Origin: an uncultured Armatimonadetes bacterium | GTDB taxonomy: Bacteria; Armatimonadota; Hebobacteria; Hebobacterales; Hebobacteraceae | Reading direction: 5' to 3' | Length of the DNA stretch: 64,000 nucleotides | NCBI GenBank assembly: GCA_963716175.1 | Contig: OY970296.1 | Location: forward strand, 1,440,001 to 1,504,000 | Shown here: one piece after another, positions 37,329 to 46,523 of the stretch | Numbering within the stretch: the first letter of the stretch is position 1 | How the letters are laid out: each line of letters starts with the position of its first letter | Translations under genes and position numbers: made by a program | The notes under the pieces: model-generated | The model's database searches: none | What the model saw: the letters and a program-made list of their open reading frames with translations, nothing else | Told to the model about the DNA's origin: nothing

Positions 37329-38633
37329 ATGATCCAGCCGACACTGGTGGAACAGGCAATCCTGTCGTTGAGAGAGACGGACTACACGCGCAATCTCCGC
37401 TACCGGCGGAACTGGCGCTATTACCAGAACCTGCCCTATGCCGAGCCGCGGCCGGGGCTCTATGCCAAGATGCGCGGCATCTTCAACCAGGTGACCAAGA
37501 TCGTGGACACGGATGCCCGGTTCGCCATGGGGGAGCGGCTGCAAGTGCAGGCCGAGCCGGAGCTGGAGCAGGCGATCAACCGGCTCTGGCAGTGGAGCGA
37601 TTTCCAGCAGGAGAAGTACCTGCTGGCTCGCTACGGGGCCTGCTGCGGCGATGCCTTCGTCAAGGTGGTGGACAATCGTCCCTGGGAGCTGAACCCGGAG
37701 CCGGACCCGGAGGCGCCGGTAAGGCTGAATGTGCTGCCGCCGGATGCGGTGGCGCCACGCTACGATCCGCACGATCGCCGGCGCATGCTGGCCTGCAAGA
37801 TCGAGTACGTCTACGGGCGCGAGATTCACAAGGAGGTGATCACGCCCCAGGAGATCTTGATCTACGATCCGCGCGATCCGGACCGGGTGGCGGCCAGCTA
37901 CGAGAACCCGCTGGGCTTCATCCCCATCGTGCACATCCGGAACCTGGACATCGGCGAGGAGTTCGGCCTGTGCTCGTTCCACAATCTGATCCCGACCGTG
38001 GACGCGCTGAACGAGATCGCCTCCTTCATGTTCGAGATCGTCAAGCTCTACGCCGACCCGGTGATCATCGGCCGGGGGATGGAGCGGGGCTCGCTGCGCA
38101 AGCAGACCGTGGATGAGGGCGGCCGGCCGGTGGCGACGGTGTGGTGGGTGCCGACCCCGGAGGGTTCGTTCGAGTTCCTGGAGTGGAGGGGCAACCTGCC
38201 GGATGTGCTGGCTTTCCTCGACCGCATTCAGGAGGCGATCGAGCGCAACACGCCGGAGCTGACGCTGTCCGGTCTGCGAGATCGGCAGGACATCAGCGGC
38301 TACTCCACCTCGCTGCATCTCATCGAGCTGGTGCGGAAGGTGAACGAGATGCGGGGCAGCTACTTCACCGGGCTGGAGCGGGCGAACCGGATGGCGCTGC
38401 GCATCCTGGAGATGCAGGGAAACGGCGAGTTCGGCGACGCCACCCATCGCATCATCGCCGACCCGGTGCTGCCAGTGGACGACGAGAGGCAAGTGCGGGT
38501 GCTGCAGATGGAGAACCAGGTGCTCCGCATCAAGTCCCGCGCCACGGTGGCGGCGGAGCGGGGGATAGAGGACGTGCAGGAGGAACTGCGGAAGGCAGAT
38601 GCGGACACGCCGGCGAGGCAAATGGTGGAATGA
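37329..38633 (+). CDS. Phage portal protein (SPP1-like)
   Basis: Follows the terminase; 'GDAFVKV', 'ENPLGFIPIVHIRN', 'DISG'. Confidence 0.85.
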   Translation: MIQPTLVEQAILSLRETDYTRNLRYRRNWRYYQNLPYAEPRPGLYAKMRGIFNQVTKIVDTDARFAMGERLQVQAEPELEQAINRLWQWSDFQQEKYLLARYGACCGDAFVKVVDNRPWELNPEPDPEAPVRLNVLPPDAVAPRYDPHDRRRMLACKIEYVYGREIHKEVITPQEILIYDPRDPDRVAASYENPLGFIPIVHIRNLDIGEEFGLCSFHNLIPTVDALNEIASFMFEIVKLYADPVIIGRGMERGSLRKQTVDEGGRPVATVWWVPTPEGSFEFLEWRGNLPDVLAFLDRIQEAIERNTPELTLSGLRDRQDISGYSTSLHLIELVRKVNEMRGSYFTGLERANRMALRILEMQGNGEFGDATHRIIADPVLPVDDERQVRVLQMENQVLRIKSRATVAAERGIEDVQEELRKADADTPARQMVE

Positions 38634-38643
38634 GTGAAGTGGC

Positions 38644-38988
38644 ATGAGTGAACCCGCGCCGGACAAAACGCAGCACAAGCGGCCGCCGCTGGTGAGTCTG
38701 ATCCCGCGGCTGGCGAAGCTGGTCTACCATCTCGCCCGCGATCCGCGGGTGCCGTGGACGGTGAAGGCGGCACTGGCGGGGACCGCGGTCTATCTCGCCA
38801 GCCCGGTGGACATCATCCCGGACTGGATACCGGGCGCGGGATATCTGGATGATGTGCTGGTGGTGGGGCTGGTGGTGAGTTACGTGCTGGGCCGGGTGCC
38901 GCGGGAGGTGCTGATCGAGCACTGGGGGGAGGATGTGGAGGTGCTGGAGGGGCTGAGCGGGAAGCGGAGGCGGAAGAAGGCCAAGTAG
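38644..38988 (+). CDS. YkvA/DUF1232 membrane protein
   Basis: 'DPRVPW..K..YLASPVDIIPDWIPGAGYLDD'. Confidence 0.9.
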   Translation: MSEPAPDKTQHKRPPLVSLIPRLAKLVYHLARDPRVPWTVKAALAGTAVYLASPVDIIPDWIPGAGYLDDVLVVGLVVSYVLGRVPREVLIEHWGEDVEVLEGLSGKRRRKKAK

Positions 38989-39050
38989 AGATTCGAGATC
39001 GGGGAATAGAGAGGTGATGGCGCGGGCGCCGAAGGCGGCCGCGCTGCTAT

Positions 39051-39074
39051 GTAGGGGCGCCATTCATGGCGCCC
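39051..39074 (+). repeat. GTAG-type REP-like hairpin
   Basis: GTAG-GGGCGCCAT-TC-ATGGCGCCC. Confidence 0.6.
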
Positions 39075-39165
39075 TTTTATCATGGGCGTGATGTCCCTAG
39101 GTCCAAAGGGCCGGGATGGCGGCCGAAGGCCTAGCCAAATCACGCCCCTACACAGGAGATGACCA

Positions 39166-39711
39166 ATGACCGAGACCCCTGAGCGCCCGAACGGGCAGCA
39201 GGAGAGTGAAGGGAACGAGGCGTCGCCGAGCGAGAGCAAGGCGGCGCCTCAGTCTTCGCGCCCGCAGTCGCCCCAAGACAAGCAGGAGTTCTACTGGCGG
39301 CGGCAGGCGGAGAAGCTGGAGAAGGAGCTGGCGGCCCTGCGCGCGGAGCGCGAGGCCGAGGTGCAGCGCGTATCCCACGATCGAGACGAGGCTGCGGCGC
39401 GGGCGACGGAGGCGGAGTGGCGCGCGGAGCGCCTTTCGCTGATCGCCCAGGCTGGCCTGCCCAGCGAGCTGATGGAGCTGGTGCCGGAGGGAGACCCGGA
39501 GCTGGTGTCCGGCTACCTGGAGCGGCTGAAGCCGATCGCGGAGAAGCTGGCGCGGCCCGCCCCGCGGGGCCTGACCAACACCAATCCCCGGAACCCGGCC
39601 GGCTCGGATGATGCCCGGCTGGAGCGCTTGGCCGGAGAGGCGGCGCGAGGAGATCGCCGCGCGCTGCGCGAGTACGCGCACTTGCGGGAGCGTGTGAAGC
39701 CCAAGAGGTAG
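39166..39711 (+). CDS. Probable capsid scaffolding protein
   Basis: Disordered N-terminus, coiled coil, 'AGLP', position directly before the capsid gene. Confidence 0.7.
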   Translation: MTETPERPNGQQESEGNEASPSESKAAPQSSRPQSPQDKQEFYWRRQAEKLEKELAALRAEREAEVQRVSHDRDEAAARATEAEWRAERLSLIAQAGLPSELMELVPEGDPELVSGYLERLKPIAEKLARPAPRGLTNTNPRNPAGSDDARLERLAGEAARGDRRALREYAHLRERVKPKR

Positions 39712-39808
39712 CGCGAAAACGGCCATCCGCCGATGAACGCAGATGAACGCGGATGACCGGCGTGATCCTTCGGCTTCGCCTCAGGATGACAAGAACAAGG
39801 AGAGATGA

Positions 39809-40947
39809 ATGCCTTTCAACGGTTTGGCAACCTACGACAACTTCGAGGGGATTGGAGAGGATGTCTCCGATCTCGTCGCGTTCTGGCCCCCTTCGAGACC
39901 CCGCTGCTGGAGGTGGTGGGCGGGGCCGATCAGCCGGCCACCAACGTCAAGCACGAGTGGCTGGAGGACACGCTGAACCCGACCACGGATATCACCTCCA
40001 CTGGGGTGGCCTCGGCCACCGGGCAGGGGACACTGACGGTGGCCCATGCCAGCTACTTCCGGGCCGGTGACACTATCCAGCTCGACACGGAAGTGATGCT
40101 GGTGAACTCGGTCTCGGACACCAGCACCATCGGCGTCACGCGCGGCTATGGCGCCACCGCGGCGGCCGCGCACAGCGCGGGCGCGGGGATCACCATCATC
40201 GGCAACGCCGCCCTGGAGGGCGAAGACACCGACGAGGATCGCACCACGCGCCAGGTGCGCAAGTCCAACTACTGCCAGATCCTGAAGGTCGGGGTGAAGC
40301 TGTCTGGCACCGCCCAGGCGGTGGGCTGGATCACCACCGGGGATAAGCTGGCGGACGCCAAGGTGATGCGGCTGCGCGAGCTGCTGCGCGACCTGGAGAA
40401 GACCATTCTGCTGGGCCGCACCGATGTCGCCACCATTGGCTCGGACACCGCGCGGCGCACCATGGCTGGCATCGTCTGCTCGCTGGCCACCAATGTGGTG
40501 AGCTGCGGCACGCTCACCGAGAGCGCGCTGGGCAACCTGCTGCAGTCCTGCTACAACCAGGGCAACCGGGATATGGACCTAATCGTGGCTCCGCCCAAGC
40601 AGAAGCGGATCATCTCCGGCTGGAACAGCAGCCGCATCCACGTCACCAATGAGGCCAATGCCTACCGCAACGTGGTGGAGGTGTACGAGAGCGACTTCGG
40701 CAGCCAGCGCGTGATCATGAACCGGTGGCTGCCCGATGACATGGTGCTGACCCTGGACTCCAGCCGAATCAAGGTGGTGCCGCTGGCGGGCCGGTCTTTC
40801 CGCTATGAGGAGCTGGCCAAAGGCGGCGACTACGTGCGCGGGCAGATCGTGGGCGAGTATACGCTCGAGCTGCGGAACGGAAAGCCCCTAAGCCGGCTAC
40901 AGGCGGAAGGTCAGGAGGGGCAGGGAATCGGCCCCGATGACCACTGA
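39809..40947 (+). pseudogene. SU10/DUF5309-type major capsid protein; frameshift near 39880 and foreign C-terminus after about 40878
   Basis: MPFNGLATYDNFEGIGEDVSDLV (frame of 39809) joins 'LAPFETPLL..HEWLED..NYCQI..RTMAGI..YESDFG..LAKGGD..GEYTLELRN' in the adjacent frame. Confidence 0.8.
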
Positions 40948-42366
40948 CTCCAGCAGCTCGCCCAGCAGGCGCCGCTTCTGCTCAAAGGGCACGTCTGACC
41001 GGAGCAGCTCAGCGAGATCCCGGAAGCGCCGGCGCACGGGAATGGCAGAGGGCCGTCGGCGCTGAGACCCGGCAAGGGCGGCCCGCAATCCCTTCTCCTC
41101 GCGCTCGATGCGAGCCTGCTGTTGACGGTAGGCCGGCTCATCGTAGAGCCCGCGCTCGAAGCCCCCGATCAACCTGCGACGCCGGCCGGGGATCTCCTCC
41201 AGGTCCCGGCGGATGCGGGCCACATCGGGCAGTTCGGCCGGACGGTGGGGCAGCTCCCGCAGTTCCTTGGTGGTGGCGCGGGAAAGAGCGCCCAGAGCCT
41301 CGATCACCAGGTTCTCGGCCTTACGGACGCTGACATAGCTCCCCTTACAGCTATCGAGGTGGCTGGCCTTCGCCGCACAGTCGTAGACACCGTACTCGTA
41401 GGGTCTGGAGTGCCGCCGGTAGCGATGCCAATGGCCAGTCATAGGACCTCCGCACAAGCGGCAACGGAGGATGCCCGAGAGCAGGTAACGCTCGGCGACA
41501 CGCACCCGCTTGAGCTGCCCCCGGCGGTGGGTGAGGATGGCATTCGCTCTCTCCCACACCTCCTTCGAGACCAGGGGCTGATGCTTGCCAGGAAGGAGTT
41601 GCCCGTTCCACGGAATCAGGCCCAGGTAGGTGGCCTTGCGCAGCATCCGGTTGATGTCGGTAGCCGACCAGGCGTTGTAACTGGGGCCCGATTGAGTGAT
41701 GGCAGTCAGGCGGCGCCCGCATTCCTGGGTGCCGACCTGGTCGTGTACATACCACAAGAAGACCTGGGCCACGAGCCGGGCGGCTGACCAGCCCTGGTAG
41801 CGCGGTTCCTGATCCGGGACCAACTGCTTATCCACCATCCGGTATCCGAAGGGGGTTCGGCCCACCCACTCGCCGCACTCGGCCTTGTGACGCATCGCTG
41901 CCTTGACGTTGGCGCCGATCATCTTGCGCACCCGGGCCGAGAAGATGGAGCTGATGCCCAGCAGATCGCGCCCGTAGTCGGGGTCGTCATACTGGGGTTC
42001 CGTGGCGGATCGGAAGGCCACGCCGTAGGCGTCCAGCCGCCGCAGGATCTCGTAGATGTCGCCTTCGTCCCGGCTCAGCCGGTCCAGGCGAAAGACCACT
42101 AAGGCGTCGAAGGGCCGGCCCGAAGGCGGGGGAATCCGGGCGCGGGTCTTGGCGCGGCGGCGGACGTAGGGGAGCTGGGAGAGGATGGCCTGAAGGCCCG
42201 GCCGATACCATTCGGCACCGGTCACGCCCTCATCGGCGTAGATGTCGAGCAGGTCCCACCCATGCGAAACACAGTAGCCGGCGATGGCGCGGCGCTGCAC
42301 CTCCAGCGAGAGGCCCTCGCGGGCCTGGTCGTCGGTCGAGACTCGAACATAAGCCACCGCGCGCAT
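40897..42366 (-). CDS. Large serine recombinase (integrase)
   Basis: 'AYVRVSTDDQ', 'RLDRLSR', recombinase domain, Zn ribbon 'LSGILRCRLCG..YDC', coiled coil. Confidence 0.95.
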   Translation of the reverse strand: MRAVAYVRVSTDDQAREGLSLEVQRRAIAGYCVSHGWDLLDIYADEGVTGAEWYRPGLQAILSQLPYVRRRAKTRARIPPPSGRPFDALVVFRLDRLSRDEGDIYEILRRLDAYGVAFRSATEPQYDDPDYGRDLLGISSIFSARVRKMIGANVKAAMRHKAECGEWVGRTPFGYRMVDKQLVPDQEPRYQGWSAARLVAQVFLWYVHDQVGTQECGRRLTAITQSGPSYNAWSATDINRMLRKATYLGLIPWNGQLLPGKHQPLVSKEVWERANAILTHRRGQLKRVRVAERYLLSGILRCRLCGGPMTGHWHRYRRHSRPYEYGVYDCAAKASHLDSCKGSYVSVRKAENLVIEALGALSRATTKELRELPHRPAELPDVARIRRDLEEIPGRRRRLIGGFERGLYDEPAYRQQQARIEREEKGLRAALAGSQRRRPSAIPVRRRFRDLAELLRSDVPFEQKRRLLGELLESVVIGADSLPLLTFRL

Positions 42367-42415
42367 GGGTCGGTCACCGTCCTGAATCAGTAGCGCCTCG
42401 CTGATCGCGCCCGGC

Positions 42416-42712
42416 TCATGGCGCCGCTGTGTCCAAGCGCCCCTCTCTCAACGCCATGAGGTCGTCTACCATCGCTCTCCCGCGCGTCATATCCAAACTA
42501 CCCATGATTGTGTTCAGAAGCTCCAACGCATCCTGTGTCGGCAGCATCAGGGAGGCCTTCAGCTCGCCCGCTTCATCATCCAGCTCTGGCGCCCAGATCC
42601 CAATGCCAACCTTGCTTCCATCCTTGCGGACTATCACCGTAAGAGTGATGGTCTCGAGCGCACCGTCAGATGCACCCGGAGGAAGCCACTGCCCCACAAT
42701 GCTTCTGGCCAT
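42416..42712 (-). CDS. Hypothetical protein
   Basis: 98 aa; GGAGGT RBS; co-oriented upstream of the integrase. Confidence 0.6.
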   Translation of the reverse strand: MARSIVGQWLPPGASDGALETITLTVIVRKDGSKVGIGIWAPELDDEAGELKASLMLPTQDALELLNTIMGSLDMTRGRAMVDDLMALREGRLDTAAP

Positions 42713-43217
42713 CGTACACCTCCGTTATCCGAGCCTGGTTACACGACAGGCCTAGGGCCAAGGAAAGTGGCCCCCGCAGTACGTCCACCGAGGAGCTGGC
42801 AAGCGCCGAAGTGGGTCGCACCACGAGGGCCAAAAGGGGATACCACAGAGTTGCCAGCTCCTCATGCCGAACACTTACCATGTCCGGGCCTCGGTTCCTT
42901 CTTTCCCTGCGCCCGCCCCACCACACCACTAGTCGGGTCGGCCTCCCGGCAGGCTGGGGCCCTGGCCCGATCACCGCCCTCGCGCGGCGCGCCCCCCAGC
43001 GGGTTCCCCTACGGCGGCTCGCGCCATCCGCCAGGATTGCAGTGGCAAGCGCCGAAGTGCTATAATAGCACGGACGACCTCGCCGAGCCCCTTCCGATGA
43101 GTCCCTTATCCTGCGCCTAAGGTGTCTGCGCGTCAGTGCGGCGCATCACTGGGGGGTGTCATTCCCGCGGAACTAGGGAAGCGGGGATCTGACATACTAC
43201 CGGAAGGAGGTCTCCAT

Positions 43218-44135
43218 ATGTCGCACCAATGCCGTAGTGCCATCGTTGTCGCACTCGCCGCTGTACTCCTACTTGCCCTGGCTGGCATGGGCAGCGCTTG
43301 TGTCGGCGCCCGCGCCCTGGCCATGGGCGGAGCGTTCACCGGTCTCGCCGACGACGTGAGCGCCACCTACTGGAACCCGGCCGCACTGCCCTATCTGGAA
43401 GGCAAGGGGGCCACGGTCATGCACGTCTTCAACGAGGACATCAACTACCAGGATTACTTCGCCTATGTGATGCCTCTGGACTTGAAGAGTGCCTTTGGCC
43501 TTAGCTACCTCAAGTTCCAGCTGTTACACCTGGACGTAGCCAATGGGATGTACGAGCCAAGTCTAAGTGCCTCCTGGAATCAGAACTGGTACTGGCTGTC
43601 TTACGGCCTGAAGGTCTCCGACAGGACTTCCCTGGGGGCCAATCTGAAGCTGATTGACGACGACCTCAAAGTCGTGGTGGGTGGAGCGAGGCTCCCTGTA
43701 TCTGCCGATACGGACATGGCCTTCGATTTGGCCGTCTACCACCACGCCAGCGACAATGTGACTGTGGGTCTTCTGGTCCAGAACGTAAACGAGCCCAAGA
43801 CCAAACTGAAAGGTGGAGACATCACGATCCCCGTCGGAGAATGGGGCCGGAACTACCGGCCCGGAGTAGCCGTGCGCGCTCCCGACGGGGTGATCTTCGC
43901 GGCTGAACTGTACGATGCAACCGACGACGGCGATTTGCGTGCGCTAAGAGTCGGCGTTGAGAAGAAGTATGAGGAGCAGCGCTTTGCGCTTCGGGCCGGG
44001 CGCTATGCAGCGGGGGATGCAAGTGGGTTGACCCTCGGTGCCGGTTTGTGGAGCAACACCTGGTCCGCCGACGTGGCGTTCCTAGGAGGTGATCTTGATA
44101 ACACGTGGGTGATGAGCGCCACGGCGAAGTTCTAG
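43218..44135 (+). CDS. PorV/FadL-like outer-membrane beta-barrel protein
   Basis: Signal peptide; 'GARALAMGGAFTGLADDVSATYWNPAAL'; C-terminal Phe; extended -10 TGCTATAAT at about 43058. Confidence 0.85.
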   Translation: MSHQCRSAIVVALAAVLLLALAGMGSACVGARALAMGGAFTGLADDVSATYWNPAALPYLEGKGATVMHVFNEDINYQDYFAYVMPLDLKSAFGLSYLKFQLLHLDVANGMYEPSLSASWNQNWYWLSYGLKVSDRTSLGANLKLIDDDLKVVVGGARLPVSADTDMAFDLAVYHHASDNVTVGLLVQNVNEPKTKLKGGDITIPVGEWGRNYRPGVAVRAPDGVIFAAELYDATDDGDLRALRVGVEKKYEEQRFALRAGRYAAGDASGLTLGAGLWSNTWSADVAFLGGDLDNTWVMSATAKF

Positions 44136-44348
44136 CCCGCGTTCCAGCAGCCCGGGGCGGCAAGGCTTCTTCCTGCCTACTTCCGCCGGGCTCTCCTGCT
44201 TTGGGCAGAGCAATGGCCGCCTTGCTCCGCCCCTCTACCCTATCCCACCGCGAAGCGCCGCTCTCAGCGCGTCCTACGGCGCGCTCCAGATGGCCTTGCC
44301 CTTCTCGTCAGAGAGATCAAGGGATGGGCCAACCTCGGCAACTGACTC

Positions 44349-45053
44349 CTACTGCCCCCTGCTCTGGACGAACTCCTGGATGGCGTCCTCAGTCACCTCC
44401 GGCTCGCTCGTGTGCTTCGGTAGTGCCTTGGCCATGTCATCGAAGATGTAGTTCACCGTGCGGGTCAGCAACCGGCGCTCGACGGCCGTAGCTTTGGCCG
44501 CCCAGAATCCGCTGCCGCCGGAGCCCGTATCCTTAACCCGGCGCCAGTAGAGTATCTCGCCTGTGCCAATGTCCACCACAGCCACTCGGATGTCGATCGC
44601 ACCCACTTTGCGCGTACGAAAGAGGCGCTCGTGCATCTCCGTCTGCAGTCTCTCGACTTCGCCGTAGATCACCCACTGTGCTCCGAGCTTCTTCCCCAAC
44701 CGAATGGCATCTGCCCGACCTATCCGTGCTCCCGGCTCTCTGTCCGGGTCAGCCTTGACAGCCTCATCGGTCTTGACTGCTATCTCGGTAGCGGATGGCG
44801 CTTCCGGTGCCAACTTGAACCCATGTCGCTTCAGGTTCAGGAAGAGACACCCTCGCACTAGTTCGACGTGCCTCTGATCTCTCGCCCAGAACGGCAACAC
44901 CAGTACCGACACCTGGGTGGGCGGCGGCGGCTTGCGTGCGGCCAGATCCTCCCACTTCGATCCCTCTTGCTCGGTTGCCAGGGCCGGCACAGTGCCAGCT
45001 CCGAGCATTACGGCATAGACGGCCAGGATTCCGAGCAACCTGCATCTGCCCAT
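44349..45053 (-). CDS. Secreted CsgG/FlgO-like (TolB-N fold) protein
   Basis: 'VLVLPF', 'A.RLGKKLGAQWVIYGEV', 'VVDIGTGEILY'. Confidence 0.7.
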   Translation of the reverse strand: MGRCRLLGILAVYAVMLGAGTVPALATEQEGSKWEDLAARKPPPPTQVSVLVLPFWARDQRHVELVRGCLFLNLKRHGFKLAPEAPSATEIAVKTDEAVKADPDREPGARIGRADAIRLGKKLGAQWVIYGEVERLQTEMHERLFRTRKVGAIDIRVAVVDIGTGEILYWRRVKDTGSGGSGFWAAKATAVERRLLTRTVNYIFDDMAKALPKHTSEPEVTEDAIQEFVQSRGQ

Positions 45054-45231
45054 CGCCTCCTCCTTCGACTTGGCGCCCCCCTTTCTGCGCCGATCGCCCG
45101 CCCCGATCACCGGGCTGCCCCTCACCGCGTCGCCCTGCCCTTCGCACCTGCGGAGTAAGCCCAATGGTGAGCAGGCCCTTTCCCGGGGCCTCGGCTGCAT
45201 CTGTGGCCGAGGCCCCACAGGCCCACTCCCT

Positions 45232-45684
45232 TCAGGGCTTGCATACCTTGCAGGGGGTATAGCCCCGGGCGATAGCCTCCTCCCGCGATATCGGGATGTC
45301 GCTCTTGGATAGATGACGGCAACCCGCTCGATGGTACTTCGTGCCCGTCCGCGTGATATGGACCTGGTCCTGCACCTTCTGCACGGGCGGCGCAGGCTTC
45401 TGGACAGATGGCGCGGGCGCAGCCGGCGGGCGGCTCACGCTGGCCGATGTAGGCCGCTTTCCAACGTAGACCGCTCTTGCTTGGGGGTCCCATTCCACTG
45501 ACACGCCGAGCGCCTCTGCGACAGCTCGCACGGGCAGGTATGTGACCCCGTTCTGCGCTAACCCGTGCGCGGCAATGGGCCGCCCGTGGACGTAGACGGC
45601 CACCCCGCGACCGGCCGCGACCAGCCCGCCTGTGAGCGCGAGACACAGGACAGCAACCAGCACAGCGACTCTTGTGGACCGCAT
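45232..45684 (-). CDS. Secreted copper-amine-oxidase N-terminal (stalk) domain protein with a C-terminal Cys/His Zn module
   Basis: 'NGVTYLPVRAVAEALGVSVEWD'; 'TGTKYHRAGCRHL..GYTPCKVCKP'. Confidence 0.8.
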   Translation of the reverse strand: MRSTRVAVLVAVLCLALTGGLVAAGRGVAVYVHGRPIAAHGLAQNGVTYLPVRAVAEALGVSVEWDPQARAVYVGKRPTSASVSRPPAAPAPSVQKPAPPVQKVQDQVHITRTGTKYHRAGCRHLSKSDIPISREEAIARGYTPCKVCKP

Positions 45685-45701
45685 ATCTCTCCTCCCGTCC
45701 T

Positions 45702-46481
45702 CTACGGTCTGCACACCTTGCAGGGCGCGTATCCTCGCGCCTCAGCTTCCTTCCGTGAGATGGGGACCGAGCTTCGAGCTAAGTGCCGACAGCCTGCCCG
45801 ATGGTACTTCGTGCCCGTTCTCGTGATGTAGACCGTCTTCGCATCAGCGCCGGGCTTCTTCTCTGCAGGCGCGACCGCGGGCCGGTCTTCGCCGCCTTGC
45901 CCTGCCCCGGTCCGCGGTGCCAGGGGAGCGAAGCGCGCCGCGTCGCTCCACATGCTCTCGAACTGGACAGCGAATGCACCAGCTACCGCGGGCTCCCCGA
46001 TGAACACCACCAGGTTCTCATCGTTCCGCTCGATGGCCGCCTTTGTCCAGTTGAAGCTCCCGGTCGCGATGCTTGCACCATCCGCCACGAGAAACTTGTT
46101 GTGCATCAGCCCCGAGTGCGTGTTCACCAGCACAGAAACCCCGGCGGAAAGCAGTCTGTCGCCCTGGGTCCACGTCTGTGCCCCCTGTCCTCGGTCAAGT
46201 ATCACTCTCACCCGCACGCCCCGCTTCTGCGCCGCCACCAGCTCATCAGCCACCGACTCCAGCGAGAAGGTGTAGCAGGCCGCGTCCAGATACATTCGGG
46301 CCGAGCGCGCCAGGTTGGTGAGTGCCCCCTCAGCTCCTCCTCGCGGCGAGAAGAAGACCTGGACATCGGCGCGAGCACCCATCGCGGCCGTCGCCAACAA
46401 CACCAGTAACACCAGCCTGCACAGCACCCGCCGCGCACCTGGCGCCCTGCCCCGCAAATCATGTGCTGCCACGTTCACCAC
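45702..46481 (-). CDS. Secreted Nuc-type phospholipase D nuclease with a C-terminal Zn module
   Basis: 'FFSP', HKD motif 'MHNKFLVAD..TGSFNWT..N.EN'; same C-terminal module as the neighbouring gene. Confidence 0.88.
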   Translation of the reverse strand: MVNVAAHDLRGRAPGARRVLCRLVLLVLLATAAMGARADVQVFFSPRGGAEGALTNLARSARMYLDAACYTFSLESVADELVAAQKRGVRVRVILDRGQGAQTWTQGDRLLSAGVSVLVNTHSGLMHNKFLVADGASIATGSFNWTKAAIERNDENLVVFIGEPAVAGAFAVQFESMWSDAARFAPLAPRTGAGQGGEDRPAVAPAEKKPGADAKTVYITRTGTKYHRAGCRHLARSSVPISRKEAEARGYAPCKVCRP

Positions 46482-46523
46482 CTCCCGCGAACTTCAGCGC
46501 CCGCCCGAAGCTACGGCGCGCGC

